A stretch of 64,000 nt of DNA from Escherichia coli (GCF_044324785.1 NZ_CP172127.1); one strand, 5' to 3'; positions 1-12,221 are shown, counted from the stretch's first letter. Numbers and translations: made by a program. The notes: generated by a model not told the origin, from the letters alone.

Positions 1-327
1 GAGGACACCGCGCATACGATTAATAAAAAAGTGGGCTGGTTGCTGCATGGGCAGGAGTCGATTCTGGTGCCAGATTTCAACACCAAATGTCAGTGCCAGA
101 TTTTAGGTGAAGGAATTGGTTTTTTGCCGGATTACATGGTCCGTGAGGCGATGGCGCAATCCCTGCTGGTTACCCGACAAATCCATAATCCGCGCCAGGA
201 TTCACGCATGTTACTCGCAACTCAGCATTCTGCTACGGGTCAGGTGACGCAGTGGATTAAAAAACAATTTTCGCCAAATGGCATATTAACGGGGATCTAT
301 CAGGATTTACTGCATCGGGAGAATTAA
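1..327 (+). CDS. yahB: LysR-family regulator, C-terminal part; gene begins upstream of the window
   Basis: C-terminal co-inducer domain-like sequence. It sits next to pdeL as in E. coli. The ORF frame is open to base 1. Confidence 0.55.
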   Translation, partial: EDTAHTINKKVGWLLHGQESILVPDFNTKCQCQILGEGIGFLPDYMVREAMAQSLLVTRQIHNPRQDSRMLLATQHSATGQVTQWIKKQFSPNGILTGIYQDLLHREN

Positions 328-368
328 TCGCTGCCAACCTCCCGATGCGCTGTGAATAGCGGTTTACA

Positions 369-1463
369 TCAACCACCAGCTTTCATTACCCATTCAGAAA
401 CAAATTTATTACCTGGTACTGGCGGAGAGTACAAATAGCCCTGCAAAAAGTGAACGCCTTTACCGATCATTAAATCCGCCTGCTCCTGGGTTTCTACCCC
501 TTCCGCCACGATACTCAGACCAGGCTTACGCGCCAGTTCGACAATATTGTCCACAATATGACCGGATATTTCGTCCACGCTCGCCATTTGCACAAACGAC
601 TTATCGATCTTAATAAAATCGACCGGAAACGCCTGCAAATAACGATAGGTCGCATAACCCGTACCAAAATCATCCAGCGCAAAGGTAATGTTGTGCTGAT
701 GAAGGCTGTCAAATATCGCTCTGGCTTCTGGCGTTACCGGAATAGGGTTACGTTCCGTTAGCTCGAGAACCAGTTTGATTTTATCGTTTCCTAATTTCTT
801 GACCAGGTTCAGGCATTCTTTTTCAAATCCCGCGGCCAAAAAACAACCCGCCGAGACGTTGATGCCAATATGGAAATTATCCGGCAGCAAATGTTTTACC
901 GGCATCAGAATATCCGCAGTCTGTTTCATCAACTGGCGAGTCATTATGACGATAAGACCAGATGACTCCGCCAGAGGAATAAACTGATCCGGTGGGATAA
1001 TTCCCGTTTGTGGATGTTCCCAGCGGACAAGCACCTCACAGCCCGTCAGTACCCCAGTCTGCGCGCAGAAAACCGGTTGGATCCACGGTTTAAATTCATG
1101 GTTTTCCAACGCCAGACTGATGGCTTCAGGCGTGACGATATGGTGATAGTGATTATCATTAATATATTTGTGACTATTATTACCCGTGGCGGATATGATC
1201 TCCGGATTGTACTGAAAGAAAATATCCCGCCAGAAAGTAATATCGCTCTGAATCCCCAGTTTCTCAAAGAGCTGTTTCTTTTGATGTGAAATGGTCTTTG
1301 CACTGCGATTTCTGTACTGTGATATTTCTGTTACAGACATTCCCTGCATCAGCAGCTTGAGTAGCAGTCGTTCTTTCTCGGATACGCTACCAGGCAATGA
1401 CAAATGAACCGTTGTACCGAACTCTTGCAGAAAAACACGAAAATCACATGAATTCATGAACAC
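369..1463 (-). CDS. pdeL: c-di-GMP phosphodiesterase with LuxR-type HTH and EAL domain
   Basis: 364 aa with an N-terminal HTH (TISHQKKQLFEKLG) and an EAL domain (ELTER motif), near-identical to E. coli PdeL/YahA. Synteny with betT supports it. Confidence 0.9.
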   Translation of the reverse strand: MFMNSCDFRVFLQEFGTTVHLSLPGSVSEKERLLLKLLMQGMSVTEISQYRNRSAKTISHQKKQLFEKLGIQSDITFWRDIFFQYNPEIISATGNNSHKYINDNHYHHIVTPEAISLALENHEFKPWIQPVFCAQTGVLTGCEVLVRWEHPQTGIIPPDQFIPLAESSGLIVIMTRQLMKQTADILMPVKHLLPDNFHIGINVSAGCFLAAGFEKECLNLVKKLGNDKIKLVLELTERNPIPVTPEARAIFDSLHQHNITFALDDFGTGYATYRYLQAFPVDFIKIDKSFVQMASVDEISGHIVDNIVELARKPGLSIVAEGVETQEQADLMIGKGVHFLQGYLYSPPVPGNKFVSEWVMKAGG

Positions 1464-2287
1464 ACCTTTATCTTTTATCGCTGTTCAGTATGAGTGATTA
1501 CCTGTGGATTCCTGAGCACACATAAGGGGTAACCATAAACATCAGCGATGCCATACGCATAACATCCCACATCACTATCAAAAAGATTATCTTTACCTCT
1601 GATGCTCGCTCAAAAACAGTTACGCTAAATACCTTAAAAAGGTAATCACAAGTCAAACTCAGGAGATAATCACGCAAGAATGCAATATTAAAATTCAGAT
1701 ACTCATTTTTGGTAATAAAGAAGTAGTTGGACTATTTCAATATTTATAATTTCCCACTACGTATTGACGCCCATTCATGAGTAAAGGCGCATTATATGAA
1801 TTTAACAATCCAGATCAACTGAAAATACCTCAACCTCATAAACACATAGCGTCAACATTCAATGACATAATGAGTAAAGATGTTGGTTATGCATACACGT
1901 CATTACTCTATGCCTATCCCTTAACAACCTGCTTTTTAAGGCTGAATCCATTCAGCAATAGATAGCCAACATTATAACAATGACAATAAAAACAATATTT
2001 AAAACAATCAATAAAATATCAGACACAGACAATTAAACCTTAAACAACAAACAGTTACATTGATTTTAGTTGATTTGCGCTACGCGTTTCCCATGAATAA
2101 AGCGTCATTTCAAATTAGCACCAATATTTACATTAAATAAGACTAAGCTTATTGAACATTCACAACAGTCCAAGCGTAGGTTTTGGGCTTCAATAGTTCT
2201 TTTCTTTTTTATTATCTGTTGCCTGGCAATCATCAATCGATACTAAGGGCTTAACTGTACACAGATATAACGTATCAAGAGGTAAGA

Positions 2288-2323
2288 GAAACCGCGCCAT
2301 ATGCAGACATGGCGCGGTTTTAT
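2288..2323. terminator. Hairpin plus T-tract downstream of betT; bidirectional terminator
   Basis: aaaccgcgccat-atgcagac-atggcgcggtttt. Confidence 0.6.
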
Positions 2324-2333
2324 GCAATAACAA

Positions 2334-4367
2334 TCACGCGTCCGGGAACATCACGCTATGGCCCGGCGCTTCACGATGGAGATGGATAAAGTTAAGGTGC
2401 CGCTCGTACTGGTCGAGAATATCGGTGATCACCTGCTCTTTGCTGTAGTCCATCAGGTCGTTGCCCTGGCTGCCTTCTAACAGGAAAGTTTCCAGCCGGT
2501 AGTAGGTCGATTTACCGCTACGTGCGCGGTAGGTAAAGCCCGGCACCGAATATTGCTGCGGCCAAATCTGATAGACAAAGTTTTGCTCTTCGCCCATATG
2601 CACCAACAAATCCAGATGCCCCAACTGTTGTCCCTCTTCCGGCGGCAGGCTTTTTAGCTCCACGTACGCGCCGCGCAACCGCAGCTCCTGCGCCACTTCT
2701 TCCATTGCCGGGTAACAGACCGTCTCCATCATCTGTTTAGTGTAACGCGTGCCCGGATAATTCATCAGGCGCGAGAGACGTTTTTTCCAGCTCAGGCGAT
2801 CCTGAAGCCCCAGCGGTCGCGGCGCGGTATCACGGTTGGCACTTTCACGGCGGTAATCTTCTACCTTCAGAGATTTATACAACCCCGCCATCACGAAGAA
2901 AATCACAAAGCTGAACGGCAGCCCCATGATTACCGTGGTGTTTTGCAGCGCGGATATCCCGTTGGTCATCAGCATGCCAAGCGTCAGCAGACCAATCGCC
3001 ACCGACCAGAAGACGCGCAGCCAGCCGGGGGCGTCGCTGTTGATATCTTTAAGCTGCGAGGTGAAATTCCCCAGCACCAGCGCGCCGGAGTCCGCCGAGG
3101 TCACATAAAACAGCAGGCCAGTAATGGTGGCGACGGAGGCGCTAAAGGTAAACGCCGGATACTGCGCCAGCAGGCTGTAGAAGCCGCGCTCCGGATGGAC
3201 CATCGCTTCCTCGGCAAATGCCGCGCCGCCGTGGATGATTTCATACAGCGCGCTATTGCCGAACACCGAGAGCCATAACAGCGTGAAGGTAAACGGAATA
3301 ATCAACGTGCCCAGCACGAACTGGCGAATGGTACGCCCACGCGAGATACGCGCCAGGAACAGGCCGACAAACGGCGACCATGCCACCCACCATGCCCAGA
3401 AGAAGAGCGTCCAGTTATTCATCCACTCAACCGGACGGTCGAAGGCAAAACTGTTGAGCGTCATTCCCATAAAGCGATTCACATAGTCGCCAACGTTCAG
3501 CACCAGCGCATTAAGCAGGAACGAGGTGTCGCCCATAAACAGCACGAACAGGATCAGCCCCAGCGCCAGCGCAACGTTGAGTTCCGATAACACACGAATG
3601 CCCTTATCGACACCGGAGGTGACAGAGATCGTTGCGATGATCACCGACAAGGCGATCAGTGCCGCTTTTGCCGCCATCGAATCAGGAATATCAAACAGTA
3701 CGCTCAAGCCATAGTTAAGCTGCACCACACCGATACCGAGCGTAGTGGCAATACCGAAGATGGTGCCGATCACTGCTGCAATATCCACTGAGTGACCTAT
3801 CGGCCCGTTAATCCGTTTACCGAAGATCGGGTACAGCGCTGAGCGGATGGTGAGCGGCAAATTATAACGATAGCTAAAGTATCCGAGCGCCATGCCCATC
3901 AGCGCATACATCGACCAGCCGGTTAAGCCGTAGTGAAACAGCGTCCAGACCATCGCCTGACGCGCGGCCTCAATCGTCTGACCCGCGCCTTCCGGCGGCT
4001 GCATATACTGCGTTACCGGTTCGGCTACGGAGAAGAACATCAGGTCGATACCGATCCCGGCAGCAAACAGCATCGCCGCCCAACTCAGCAGACTGAACTC
4101 CGGTTTGGATTGTTCTGGCCCGAGCTTCACCGAACCAAAACGCGAACAAGCGATACAGACCACAAAGACAATATAGAGCGTTGCCGCCAGCAGATAGTAC
4201 CAACCGAAGGTTTTAGAGACCCAGTCCAGCGTGCGTCCAATCCACAGGGCCGAGAAGTCGCGAAACAGGATCGTTGTCAGGGAAAACAACAAAATCAGTC
4301 CGGCGGAAGTGTAAAACACCACCGGATTGATTTTGTCCTTTTCCCTGCTGTGTGAAAGGTCTGTCAT
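2334..4367 (-). CDS. betT: High-affinity choline transporter, BCCT family
   Basis: 677 aa, multi-TM, matches E. coli BetT. Divergent from betI. Confidence 0.95.
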   Translation of the reverse strand: MTDLSHSREKDKINPVVFYTSAGLILLFSLTTILFRDFSALWIGRTLDWVSKTFGWYYLLAATLYIVFVVCIACSRFGSVKLGPEQSKPEFSLLSWAAMLFAAGIGIDLMFFSVAEPVTQYMQPPEGAGQTIEAARQAMVWTLFHYGLTGWSMYALMGMALGYFSYRYNLPLTIRSALYPIFGKRINGPIGHSVDIAAVIGTIFGIATTLGIGVVQLNYGLSVLFDIPDSMAAKAALIALSVIIATISVTSGVDKGIRVLSELNVALALGLILFVLFMGDTSFLLNALVLNVGDYVNRFMGMTLNSFAFDRPVEWMNNWTLFFWAWWVAWSPFVGLFLARISRGRTIRQFVLGTLIIPFTFTLLWLSVFGNSALYEIIHGGAAFAEEAMVHPERGFYSLLAQYPAFTFSASVATITGLLFYVTSADSGALVLGNFTSQLKDINSDAPGWLRVFWSVAIGLLTLGMLMTNGISALQNTTVIMGLPFSFVIFFVMAGLYKSLKVEDYRRESANRDTAPRPLGLQDRLSWKKRLSRLMNYPGTRYTKQMMETVCYPAMEEVAQELRLRGAYVELKSLPPEEGQQLGHLDLLVHMGEEQNFVYQIWPQQYSVPGFTYRARSGKSTYYRLETFLLEGSQGNDLMDYSKEQVITDILDQYERHLNFIHLHREAPGHSVMFPDA

Positions 4368-4495
4368 CCAGTATCCCCACTGTTATTGTTACCATTTAAA
4401 ATCAAATTCGTAACAATTAAGACACATTTTATATTGAACGTCCAATCAATAACCGCTTTAATAGATAAACAACGCTGATGAATGGAGTGGCGAAA

Positions 4496-5083
4496 ATGCC
4501 CAAATTGGGGATGCAGTCGATCCGGCGCAGACAACTGATCGACGCCACGCTGGAAGCAATAAATGAAGTGGGCATGCACGATGCAACGATCGCGCAGATC
4601 GCCCGCCGTGCAGGCGTTTCTACGGGGATCATCAGCCACTATTTCAGGGACAAAAATGGTCTGCTGGAAGCAACCATGCGCGATATCACCAGTCAGCTGC
4701 GTGACGCGGTTTTGAATCGATTACATGCACTTCCGCAGGGCAGTGCAGAGCAGCGATTACAGGCGATTGTTGACGGGAATTTCGATGAATCGCAGGTCAG
4801 TAATGCTGCGATGAAAGCCTGGTTGGCGTTTTGGGCCAGCAGTATGCATCAGCCGATGCTTTACCGTTTGCAGCAGGTGAGCAGCCGCCGCTTGTTGTCG
4901 AATCTGGTGAGCGAATTTCACCGCGAGTTACCGCGCCAACAGGCACAGGAAGCGGGCTACGGCCTTGCCGCGCTGATTGACGGATTATGGCTGCGCGCGG
5001 CACTGAGCGGCAAACCGCTGGATAAACCTCTCGCACACTCGCTGACCCGTCACTTTATTACTCAGCATTTACCCACCGATTAA
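4496..5083 (+). CDS. betI: TetR-family repressor of the bet regulon
   Basis: 195 aa from [14 protein letters not shown] with a TetR HTH. Divergent from betT and followed by betB. Confidence 0.9.
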   Translation: MPKLGMQSIRRRQLIDATLEAINEVGMHDATIAQIARRAGVSTGIISHYFRDKNGLLEATMRDITSQLRDAVLNRLHALPQGSAEQRLQAIVDGNFDESQVSNAAMKAWLAFWASSMHQPMLYRLQQVSSRRLLSNLVSEFHRELPRQQAQEAGYGLAALIDGLWLRAALSGKPLDKPLAHSLTRHFITQHLPTD

Positions 5084-5096
5084 CCGAGGAGACGTG

Positions 5097-6569
5097 ATGT
5101 CCCGAATGGCAGAACAGCAGCTTTATATACATGGTGGTTATACCTCCGCCACCAGCGGTCGCACCTTCGAGACCATTAACCCGGCCAACGGTAACGTGCT
5201 GGCGACCGTGCAGGCCGCCGGGCGTGAGGATGTCGATCGCGCCGTGAAGAGTGCCCAACAGGGGCAAAAAATCTGGGCGGCGATGACCGCTATGGAACGC
5301 TCGCGTATTCTGCGTCGGGCCGTTGATATTCTGCGTGAACGCAATGACGAACTCGCAAAACTGGAAACCCTCGACACCGGAAAAGCGTATTCGGAAACCT
5401 CAACCGTCGATATCGTTACCGGCGCGGACGTGCTCGAGTACTACGCCGGGCTGATCCCGTCGCTGGAAGGCAGCCAGATCCCATTGCGTGAGACGTCATT
5501 TGTCTATACCCGCCGCGAACCGCTGGGCGTAGTGGCAGGGATTGGCGCATGGAACTACCCGATCCAGATTGCCCTGTGGAAATCCGCCCCGGCGCTGGCG
5601 GCAGGCAATGCAATGATTTTCAAACCGAGTGAAGTCACCCCGCTTACCGCGTTAAAGCTGGCCGAAATTTACAGCGAAGCGGGCCTGCCGGACGGTGTAT
5701 TTAACGTGCTGCCGGGCGTAGGTGCGGAAACCGGGCAGTATCTGACCGAGCATCCGGGCATTGCCAAAGTGTCATTTACCGGCGGTGTCGCCAGCGGCAA
5801 AAAAGTGATGGCTAACTCGGCGGCCTCTTCCCTGAAAGAAGTGACCATGGAGCTGGGCGGTAAATCACCGCTGATCGTTTTCGACGATACAGACCTCGAT
5901 CTCGCCGCTGATATCGCCATGATGGCGAACTTCTTCAGCTCCGGTCAGGTGTGTACCAACGGCACCCGCGTCTTCGTTCCGGCGAAATGCAAAGCCGCAT
6001 TTGAACAAAAGATTCTGGCTCGCGTTGAGCGCATTCGCGCGGGCGACGTTTTCGATCCGCAAACTAACTTTGGCCCGCTGGTCAGCTTCCCGCATCGCGA
6101 TAACGTGCTGCGTTACATCGCCAAAGGCAAAGAGGAAGGCGCGCGCGTACTGTGCGGCGGCGATGTACTGAAAGGCGATGGCTTCGATAACGGCGCATGG
6201 GTTGCACCGACCGTGTTCACCGATTGCCGCGACGAAATGACCATCGTGCGCGAAGAGATCTTCGGTCCGGTGATGTCGCTTCTCACTTATGAATCTGAGG
6301 ACGAAGTGATTCGCCGCGCCAATGATACCGACTACGGCCTGGCGGCGGGCATCGTGACGGCGGACCTGAACCGCGCGCATCGCGTCATTCATCAGCTGGA
6401 AGCGGGTATTTGCTGGATCAACACCTGGGGCGAATCCCCTGCTGAGATGCCCGTTGGCGGCTACAAACACTCCGGCATTGGTCGCGAGAACGGCGTGATG
6501 ACGCTCCAGAGTTACACCCAGGTGAAGTCCATCCAGGTTGAGATGGCTAAATTCCAGTCCATATTCTAA
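5097..6569 (+). CDS. betB: Betaine aldehyde dehydrogenase
   Basis: 490 aa from [11 protein letters not shown]. Aldehyde dehydrogenase motifs present ([18 protein letters not shown]). Confidence 0.95.
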   Translation: MSRMAEQQLYIHGGYTSATSGRTFETINPANGNVLATVQAAGREDVDRAVKSAQQGQKIWAAMTAMERSRILRRAVDILRERNDELAKLETLDTGKAYSETSTVDIVTGADVLEYYAGLIPSLEGSQIPLRETSFVYTRREPLGVVAGIGAWNYPIQIALWKSAPALAAGNAMIFKPSEVTPLTALKLAEIYSEAGLPDGVFNVLPGVGAETGQYLTEHPGIAKVSFTGGVASGKKVMANSAASSLKEVTMELGGKSPLIVFDDTDLDLAADIAMMANFFSSGQVCTNGTRVFVPAKCKAAFEQKILARVERIRAGDVFDPQTNFGPLVSFPHRDNVLRYIAKGKEEGARVLCGGDVLKGDGFDNGAWVAPTVFTDCRDEMTIVREEIFGPVMSLLTYESEDEVIRRANDTDYGLAAGIVTADLNRAHRVIHQLEAGICWINTWGESPAEMPVGGYKHSGIGRENGVMTLQSYTQVKSIQVEMAKFQSIF

Positions 6570-6582
6570 CCAGGAGGTTTAT

Positions 6583-8271
6583 TTGCAATTTGACTACATC
6601 ATTATTGGTGCCGGCTCAGCTGGCAACGTTCTCGCTACCCGTCTGACTGAAGATCCGAACACAACCGTGCTGCTGCTTGAAGCAGGCGGCCCGGACTATC
6701 GCTTTGACTTCCGCACCCAGATGCCCGCCGCGCTGGCATTCCCGCTGCAGGGTAAACGCTACAACTGGGCCTATGAAACGGAGCCCGAACCGTTTATGAA
6801 TAACCGCCGCATGGAGTGCGGACGCGGTAAAGGTCTGGGCGGATCGTCACTGATCAACGGCATGTGCTACATCCGTGGCAATGCGCTGGATCTCGATAAC
6901 TGGGCGCAAGAACCCGGTCTGGAGAACTGGAGCTACCTCGACTGCCTGCCCTACTACCGCAAGGCCGAGACTCGCGATGTGGGCGAGAACGACTACCACG
7001 GCGGTGATGGCCCGGTGAGCGTCACCACCTCCAAACCCGGCGTCAATCCGCTGTTTGAAGCGATGATTGAAGCGGGCGTGCAGGCGGGCTACCCGCGCAC
7101 GGAGGATCTCAACGGTTATCAGCAGGAAGGTTTTGGCCCGATGGATCGCACCGTCACGCCGCATGGCCGTCGCGCCAGCACCGCGCGTGGCTATCTCGAT
7201 CAGGCCAAATCGCGCCCTAACCTGACCATTCGTACTCACGCCATGACCGATCACATCATTTTTGACGGCAAACGCGCGGTGGGCGTCGAGTGGCTGGAAG
7301 GCGACAGCACCATTCCGACCCGCGCGGCGGCGAATAAAGAAGTGCTGTTATGTGCAGGCGCGATTGCTTCACCGCAGATCCTGCAACGCTCCGGCGTCGG
7401 CAACGCTGAACTGCTGGCGGAGTTTGATATTCCGCTGGTGCATGAATTACCTGGCGTCGGCGAAAATCTTCAGGATCACCTGGAGATGTATCTGCAATAT
7501 GAGTGCAAAGAACCGGTTTCCCTCTACCCTGCCCTGCAGTGGTGGAATCAGCCGAAAATCGGTGCGGAGTGGCTGTTTGGCGGCACCGGCGTTGGTGCCA
7601 GCAACCACTTTGAAGCTGGCGGATTTATTCGCAGCCGTGAGGAATTTACGTGGCCGAATATTCAGTACCATTTCCTGCCAGTGGCGATTAACTATAACGG
7701 CTCGAACGCAGTGAAAGAGCACGGCTTCCAGTGCCACGTCGGATCGATGCGCTCGCCAAGCCGTGGGCATGTGCGGATTAAATCCCGCGACCCGCACCAG
7801 CATCCGGGAATTCTGTTTAACTACATGTCGCACGAGCAGGACTGGCAGGAGTTCCGCGACGCAATTCGCATCACCCGCGAGATCATGCATCAACCGGCGC
7901 TGGATCAGTATCGTGGCCGCGAAATCAGCCCCGGTGTCGAATGCCAGACGGATGAGCAGCTCGATGAGTTCGTGCGTAACCACGCCGAAACCGCGTTTCA
8001 TCCGTGCGGTACCTGCAAAATGGGTTATGACGAGATGGCTGTGGTTGACGGCGAAGGCCGCGTACACGGGCTGGAAGGCCTGCGCGTGGTGGATGCGTCA
8101 ATTATGCCGCAAATTATCACCGGCAATTTGAACGCCACGACGATTATGATTGGCGAGAAAATAGCGGATATGATTCGTGGGAAGGAAGCGTTGCCGAGGA
8201 GCACGGCAAGATATTTTGTGGCAAATGGGATGCCAGTAAGAGCGAAAAAAATGAGTCGTGATTTGAACTAA
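6583..8271 (+). CDS. betA: Choline dehydrogenase, GMC oxidoreductase
   Basis: FAD motif [16 protein letters not shown] start at 6583 after the SD caggagg overlaps the end of betB. Upstream in-frame residues are not conserved. Confidence 0.9.
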   Translation: MQFDYIIIGAGSAGNVLATRLTEDPNTTVLLLEAGGPDYRFDFRTQMPAALAFPLQGKRYNWAYETEPEPFMNNRRMECGRGKGLGGSSLINGMCYIRGNALDLDNWAQEPGLENWSYLDCLPYYRKAETRDVGENDYHGGDGPVSVTTSKPGVNPLFEAMIEAGVQAGYPRTEDLNGYQQEGFGPMDRTVTPHGRRASTARGYLDQAKSRPNLTIRTHAMTDHIIFDGKRAVGVEWLEGDSTIPTRAAANKEVLLCAGAIASPQILQRSGVGNAELLAEFDIPLVHELPGVGENLQDHLEMYLQYECKEPVSLYPALQWWNQPKIGAEWLFGGTGVGASNHFEAGGFIRSREEFTWPNIQYHFLPVAINYNGSNAVKEHGFQCHVGSMRSPSRGHVRIKSRDPHQHPGILFNYMSHEQDWQEFRDAIRITREIMHQPALDQYRGREISPGVECQTDEQLDEFVRNHAETAFHPCGTCKMGYDEMAVVDGEGRVHGLEGLRVVDASIMPQIITGNLNATTIMIGEKIADMIRGKEALPRSTARYFVANGMPVRAKKMSRDLN

Positions 8272-8464
8272 CTCAGGAACCTATCAGATTGAGAGTTACC
8301 GTTCTACTATGAGGACCGAATCCTTATATAAAACACTGAGGTAACTCTCATGCTTCATATCCAGTATTCATGATGCTGGTTTTTTGCTGATATTTAACCC
8401 GAACACTCCTGATACAGACTATTAATTCATTTATCTGCGACAGATTTCATTTTCTGGATATATT

Positions 8465-9133
8465 ATGAGTGAACAAATCAAACAGGATATCGATCTGATT
8501 GAGATTTTATTTTATCTGAAGAAAAAGATTCGTGTTATCCTTTTTATTATAGCCATCTGTATGGCAATGGTGCTTTTATTTCTGTATATCAATAAAGATA
8601 ATATAAAAGTGAGTTACAGCCTAAAAATAAACCAGACAACACCAGGCATACTTGTTAACTGTGATAGCAATAATAACTTTGCCTGTCAGACCACAATGAC
8701 TGAAGATGTTATTCAGCGAATTACTACATTTTTTCACACCAGCCCAGATGTCAAGAACAGAGAAATAAAGCTGGAATGGTCAGGAGATAAGAGAGATTTA
8801 CCAACTGCTGAAGCGGAAATATCTCGCGTGCAGGCGTCTATTATCAAATGGTATGCGTCAGAATATCATAATGGCAGGCAAGTTCTCGATGAGATACAAA
8901 CACCTTCAGCAATTAACAGTGAGCTTTATACAAAAATGATATACCTGACCAGGAACTGGTCATTGTATCCGAACGGTGATGGCTGTGTAACTATAAGCTC
9001 ACCAGAAATAAAAAATAAATACCCTGCTGCCATTTGCCTGGCTCTGGGATTTTTTATAAGCATTGTAATTTCTGTAATGTTTTGCCTTGTCAAAAAAATG
9101 GTAGATGAATACCAACAAAACTCTGGGCAGTAA
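8465..9133 (+). CDS. ykgH: Inner-membrane protein YkgH
   Basis: 222 aa with one N-terminal TM and one C-terminal TM. Position between betA and ykgG matches K-12 synteny. Confidence 0.7.
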   Translation: MSEQIKQDIDLIEILFYLKKKIRVILFIIAICMAMVLLFLYINKDNIKVSYSLKINQTTPGILVNCDSNNNFACQTTMTEDVIQRITTFFHTSPDVKNREIKLEWSGDKRDLPTAEAEISRVQASIIKWYASEYHNGRQVLDEIQTPSAINSELYTKMIYLTRNWSLYPNGDGCVTISSPEIKNKYPAAICLALGFFISIVISVMFCLVKKMVDEYQQNSGQ

Positions 9134-9375
9134 TAAACAGCATTCTGACAGAGAGTGCCTGTATAAAACTATAGTGACAATGACCGGGAAGGGAGCCCGT
9201 CTTCAGGAATGGATTCCTGTCTTTTTCACTGTAAATATCCTGGCATTATTAATGTCAGGATATTTACAGAAGAGCAGCATAACCATGACGGAACGGGGTT
9301 AAGTCAGGTTGTCCTTAACGCTATTCACAACCTCGTATGCCGCCTTCAGGTTTATGTCCAGACTTCATATCTCTC

Positions 9376-10071
9376 TCAGCAATCCTCAATAATCAGATAC
9401 ACCGCTTTCACCGGGCCATGAACCCCGACGACTTTGATAAGCTCAATATCCGCCGTTGAACTAGGGCCGCTAATGATGTTAATGCAGGACGGCATTCGTT
9501 CACCGGCCTGCGCTTTCTGATGCAATTTTTCTGCGAGTTGCGCTACACGCGGCAGGATAGTGCTTTTACGCAGGATAAAAAGAGAAGATTCCGGGAGCAG
9601 GCTCAATGAACGCCCGCGCCCGGCGGCGGAAAAAAGAACCACGCCTCCCGATTCGGTTAAACCATATTCAGCATACACTACGCCAACTTTAGCCTGCTCT
9701 GCCTGCGAGATATTCTCGGCACCTTTCGCCGGATCCCAAACAACGGCATTGCATTCCTGCTGCAAACGTTCGCTAATCCCCAATTCCTCCAGCCTCGTGT
9801 CACCGCTAATCACGATCGACTGATCTCCCAGCTCTTTACACAGACGTATTGCAGCTTCTGCGGCCTGCGCCTCGCTGGTCAGTTCACAGCGCGTCAACAT
9901 AACATCGCTGGCAAACTGGATAAACGCGTCACAGCGCTGCTGTTGGTTAAGTTCGGTAAGCCGCTCGTTAGCATAGTTGTTAAGCGGCGCATCTTCTGCT
10001 TGCGGTTCAAGTCGCAGCGGGCGACCCAGTGCCTGAGCAACGTTATTCAAAAATTCGCTCCGATTATCCAT
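9376..10071 (-). CDS. ykgG: LutC-like subunit of the lactate-utilisation-type YkgEFG complex
   Basis: 231 aa from MDNRSEF. Overlaps the ykgF stop, consistent with an operon. The longer listed ORF has a non-conserved N-terminal extension. Confidence 0.8.
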   Translation of the reverse strand: MDNRSEFLNNVAQALGRPLRLEPQAEDAPLNNYANERLTELNQQQRCDAFIQFASDVMLTRCELTSEAQAAEAAIRLCKELGDQSIVISGDTRLEELGISERLQQECNAVVWDPAKGAENISQAEQAKVGVVYAEYGLTESGGVVLFSAAGRGRSLSLLPESSLFILRKSTILPRVAQLAEKLHQKAQAGERMPSCINIISGPSSTADIELIKVVGVHGPVKAVYLIIEDC

Positions 10072-11491
10072 TCTTTTTCTCCTGCGCCTGATGTTTCTTA
10101 AACCAACTACGGAAACTCTCTCCGTCAGCTTCAGGAAGATCGCGTGCTTCCATCCAGTCGCTAATCGCGCCAAATTTGAGTGGTGTTTTGCCGCCATTGA
10201 TAAACCAGCTTGCCGCATGAGCACCGGCCATCATCCCGACTTTCCACAATCCTGGATGACTATTGGCATAAGCGAACATTTTTATCGCCCGTTGCTCTGC
10301 TTTTGCGGTGATCCCTTTTTCAGCCATCACCCGACGATGACGCAAAATCAGTTTTGACAGCGGAATACGCACCGGACACACGCTGTCACAAGCAGTGCAT
10401 AAAGAGCAGGCGTAGGGTAAATCTTTAAAATCTTTATAGCCGCCAAGTAGCGGAGAAATCACCGCACCAATTGGCCCTGGATAAATAGAGCCATATCCAT
10501 GACCGCCAATGTGGCGATATGCCGGACAAGTATTCATACAAGCCCCGCAGCGAATACAGCGCAGCACATCCCGAAATTCAGAGGCCAGCACCTCAGAACG
10601 CCCGTTATCGACAATAACCAGATGAAACTCTTCAGGACCATCAACGTGCCCCGCTTCGCGCGGTCCTGTCAGCCAGGTGTTGTATCCCGTCAAACGTGCA
10701 CCAACGGCACTGCGCGCCAGCATGGTGATCAATACATCTACCTCGGCAAACGTGGGGGCAATACGCTCCATTCCCATCACTGCAATATGCGTTTTAGGCA
10801 GCGTGGTACACATTCGCGCATTACCTTCATTGGTCACCAGGCATACCGAACCGGTCTCTGCCACCGCGAAATTACAGCCGGTAATACCTATTTCAGCACT
10901 GAGGAAATCTTCGCGGATTTTTTGCCGGATGAATAAGGTCATTGCTTCAGGCGTTTCCGACCCCTCATAGCCCAGACGTTCGTGTAGCACCCGACGGATC
11001 TGATGGCGATCTTTATGAATTGCCGGGACCACAACATGAGAGGGCGGATCTTGATCCAGCTGGAGAATGTATTCACCCAGATCGGTTTCAATCACCTGAA
11101 TGCCAGCATCCTGCAACACATGATTGACACCAATCTCTTCGGTCACCATCGATTTAGATTTCACCACCTTCCGGGCATTTTTGCGTTGGGCAACCTGTAA
11201 AATGTAGCGGGTAGCGTCTTCTTTGGTTTTTGCAAAATAGACGTGACCGCCGTTTTGCGTCACTTTTTCTGAGAGCTGGTACAGATAAGCGTCGAGATTA
11301 CTCAGAACATGATCACGTATCTGGGCGGCCCGATCGCGCCACTCCTCCCAGTGCCCCAATTCATCGACCATTTTTTGCCGATTTGCCCCGATACGCTGCT
11401 GCGCGTTTGCCACCGCTTTGCGCATGATCGGATCTTCAATTTGCTGACGGATGCGTGTCTTAAAATCTGTATTACTGGTTTTGATCGACAT
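10064..11491 (-). CDS. ykgF: LutB-like 4Fe-4S ferredoxin subunit
   Basis: 475 aa with two CxxCxxCxxxCP clusters (CIRCGACMNTCP and CSLCTACDSVCP). Confidence 0.85.
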   Translation of the reverse strand: MSIKTSNTDFKTRIRQQIEDPIMRKAVANAQQRIGANRQKMVDELGHWEEWRDRAAQIRDHVLSNLDAYLYQLSEKVTQNGGHVYFAKTKEDATRYILQVAQRKNARKVVKSKSMVTEEIGVNHVLQDAGIQVIETDLGEYILQLDQDPPSHVVVPAIHKDRHQIRRVLHERLGYEGSETPEAMTLFIRQKIREDFLSAEIGITGCNFAVAETGSVCLVTNEGNARMCTTLPKTHIAVMGMERIAPTFAEVDVLITMLARSAVGARLTGYNTWLTGPREAGHVDGPEEFHLVIVDNGRSEVLASEFRDVLRCIRCGACMNTCPAYRHIGGHGYGSIYPGPIGAVISPLLGGYKDFKDLPYACSLCTACDSVCPVRIPLSKLILRHRRVMAEKGITAKAEQRAIKMFAYANSHPGLWKVGMMAGAHAASWFINGGKTPLKFGAISDWMEARDLPEADGESFRSWFKKHQAQEKKNG

Positions 11492-11501
11492 CTTTATATC
11501 C

Positions 11502-12221
11502 TCAGCGGCTCATCAACACTTCAGCAATATGCATCACTTTGACTTTCTGCCCTTCCCGTTGTAATCGCCCACTGATGTTCAGCAGGCAACTCACGTCAGC
11601 ACCAATTAAATACTCAGGGCGGACTTCCATCAGGTGCGCAACCTTTTCTTTCACCATCTCGCCGGATATTTCGGCCATTTTGACCGAGAACGTGCCGCCA
11701 AATCCGCAGCAGGTATCCTGTTCAGCAAAGGTCAACAGCTCCAGTCCACGCACATTTTTCAGCAGCGTAAGTGGCTCGTCCTTCACCCCCAGCTTACGGG
11801 CCAGGCTACAAGATGGGTGATACACCGCTCTCCCTTGCAAACTGGCACCTACATCGACTACCCCTAATGTATTAACAATAAAAGAGGTGAGATCCTGCAT
11901 ACGCGCGGCAACCTTTTCGGCACGTGATGCCCATTCAGGTTCATCCGCCAGATACGTCGGGTAACTTTTTACGGCATAGGTGCAAGAGCCAGCCGGTGAA
12001 ATAATGGGATCGTCGTTATCCTCCAGTGCGGCGATCAGATTTTTCATCCCTGGAATCGCTTCTTTGATATAACCACTATTGATCGCAGGCTGACCGCAGC
12101 ATCCCTGTTTCTCCGGGAAATTTACGCGACAGCCGAGTTTTTCCAGTAGCAGCACGGAGTCTCGTGCCATTCTTGATTTCAGGGCGTCACCAATACAGGT
12201 GACAAAGAAATTGACATTCAC
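11502..12221 (-). CDS. ykgE: LutA-like Cys-rich (CCG domain) oxidoreductase subunit
   Basis: 239 aa with CCG motifs (CCGQP, CCGFGG). Confidence 0.85.
   Translation of the reverse strand: MNVNFFVTCIGDALKSRMARDSVLLLEKLGCRVNFPEKQGCCGQPAINSGYIKEAIPGMKNLIAALEDNDDPIISPAGSCTYAVKSYPTYLADEPEWASRAEKVAARMQDLTSFIVNTLGVVDVGASLQGRAVYHPSCSLARKLGVKDEPLTLLKNVRGLELLTFAEQDTCCGFGGTFSVKMAEISGEMVKEKVAHLMEVRPEYLIGADVSCLLNISGRLQREGQKVKVMHIAEVLMSR

Noticed and set aside
2926..4395. Multiple 60-140 aa ORFs on both strands inside betT
   Set aside because: They are overlapped entirely by the conserved BetT coding frame. They look like a GC-skew artefact.
8291..8351. 11-bp perfect inverted repeat (tgagagttacc...ggtaactctca) with a 39-nt spacer between betA and ykgH
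   Set aside because: It could be a REP-like or terminator element. The loop is too long for a classic terminator and it has no T-tract, so it is left unassigned.
9105..9421. Two small ORFs (65 and 70 aa) after ykgH
   Set aside because: They are overlapping and AT-rich, lie in the ykgH/ykgG convergent gap, and have no RBS or recognisable features.
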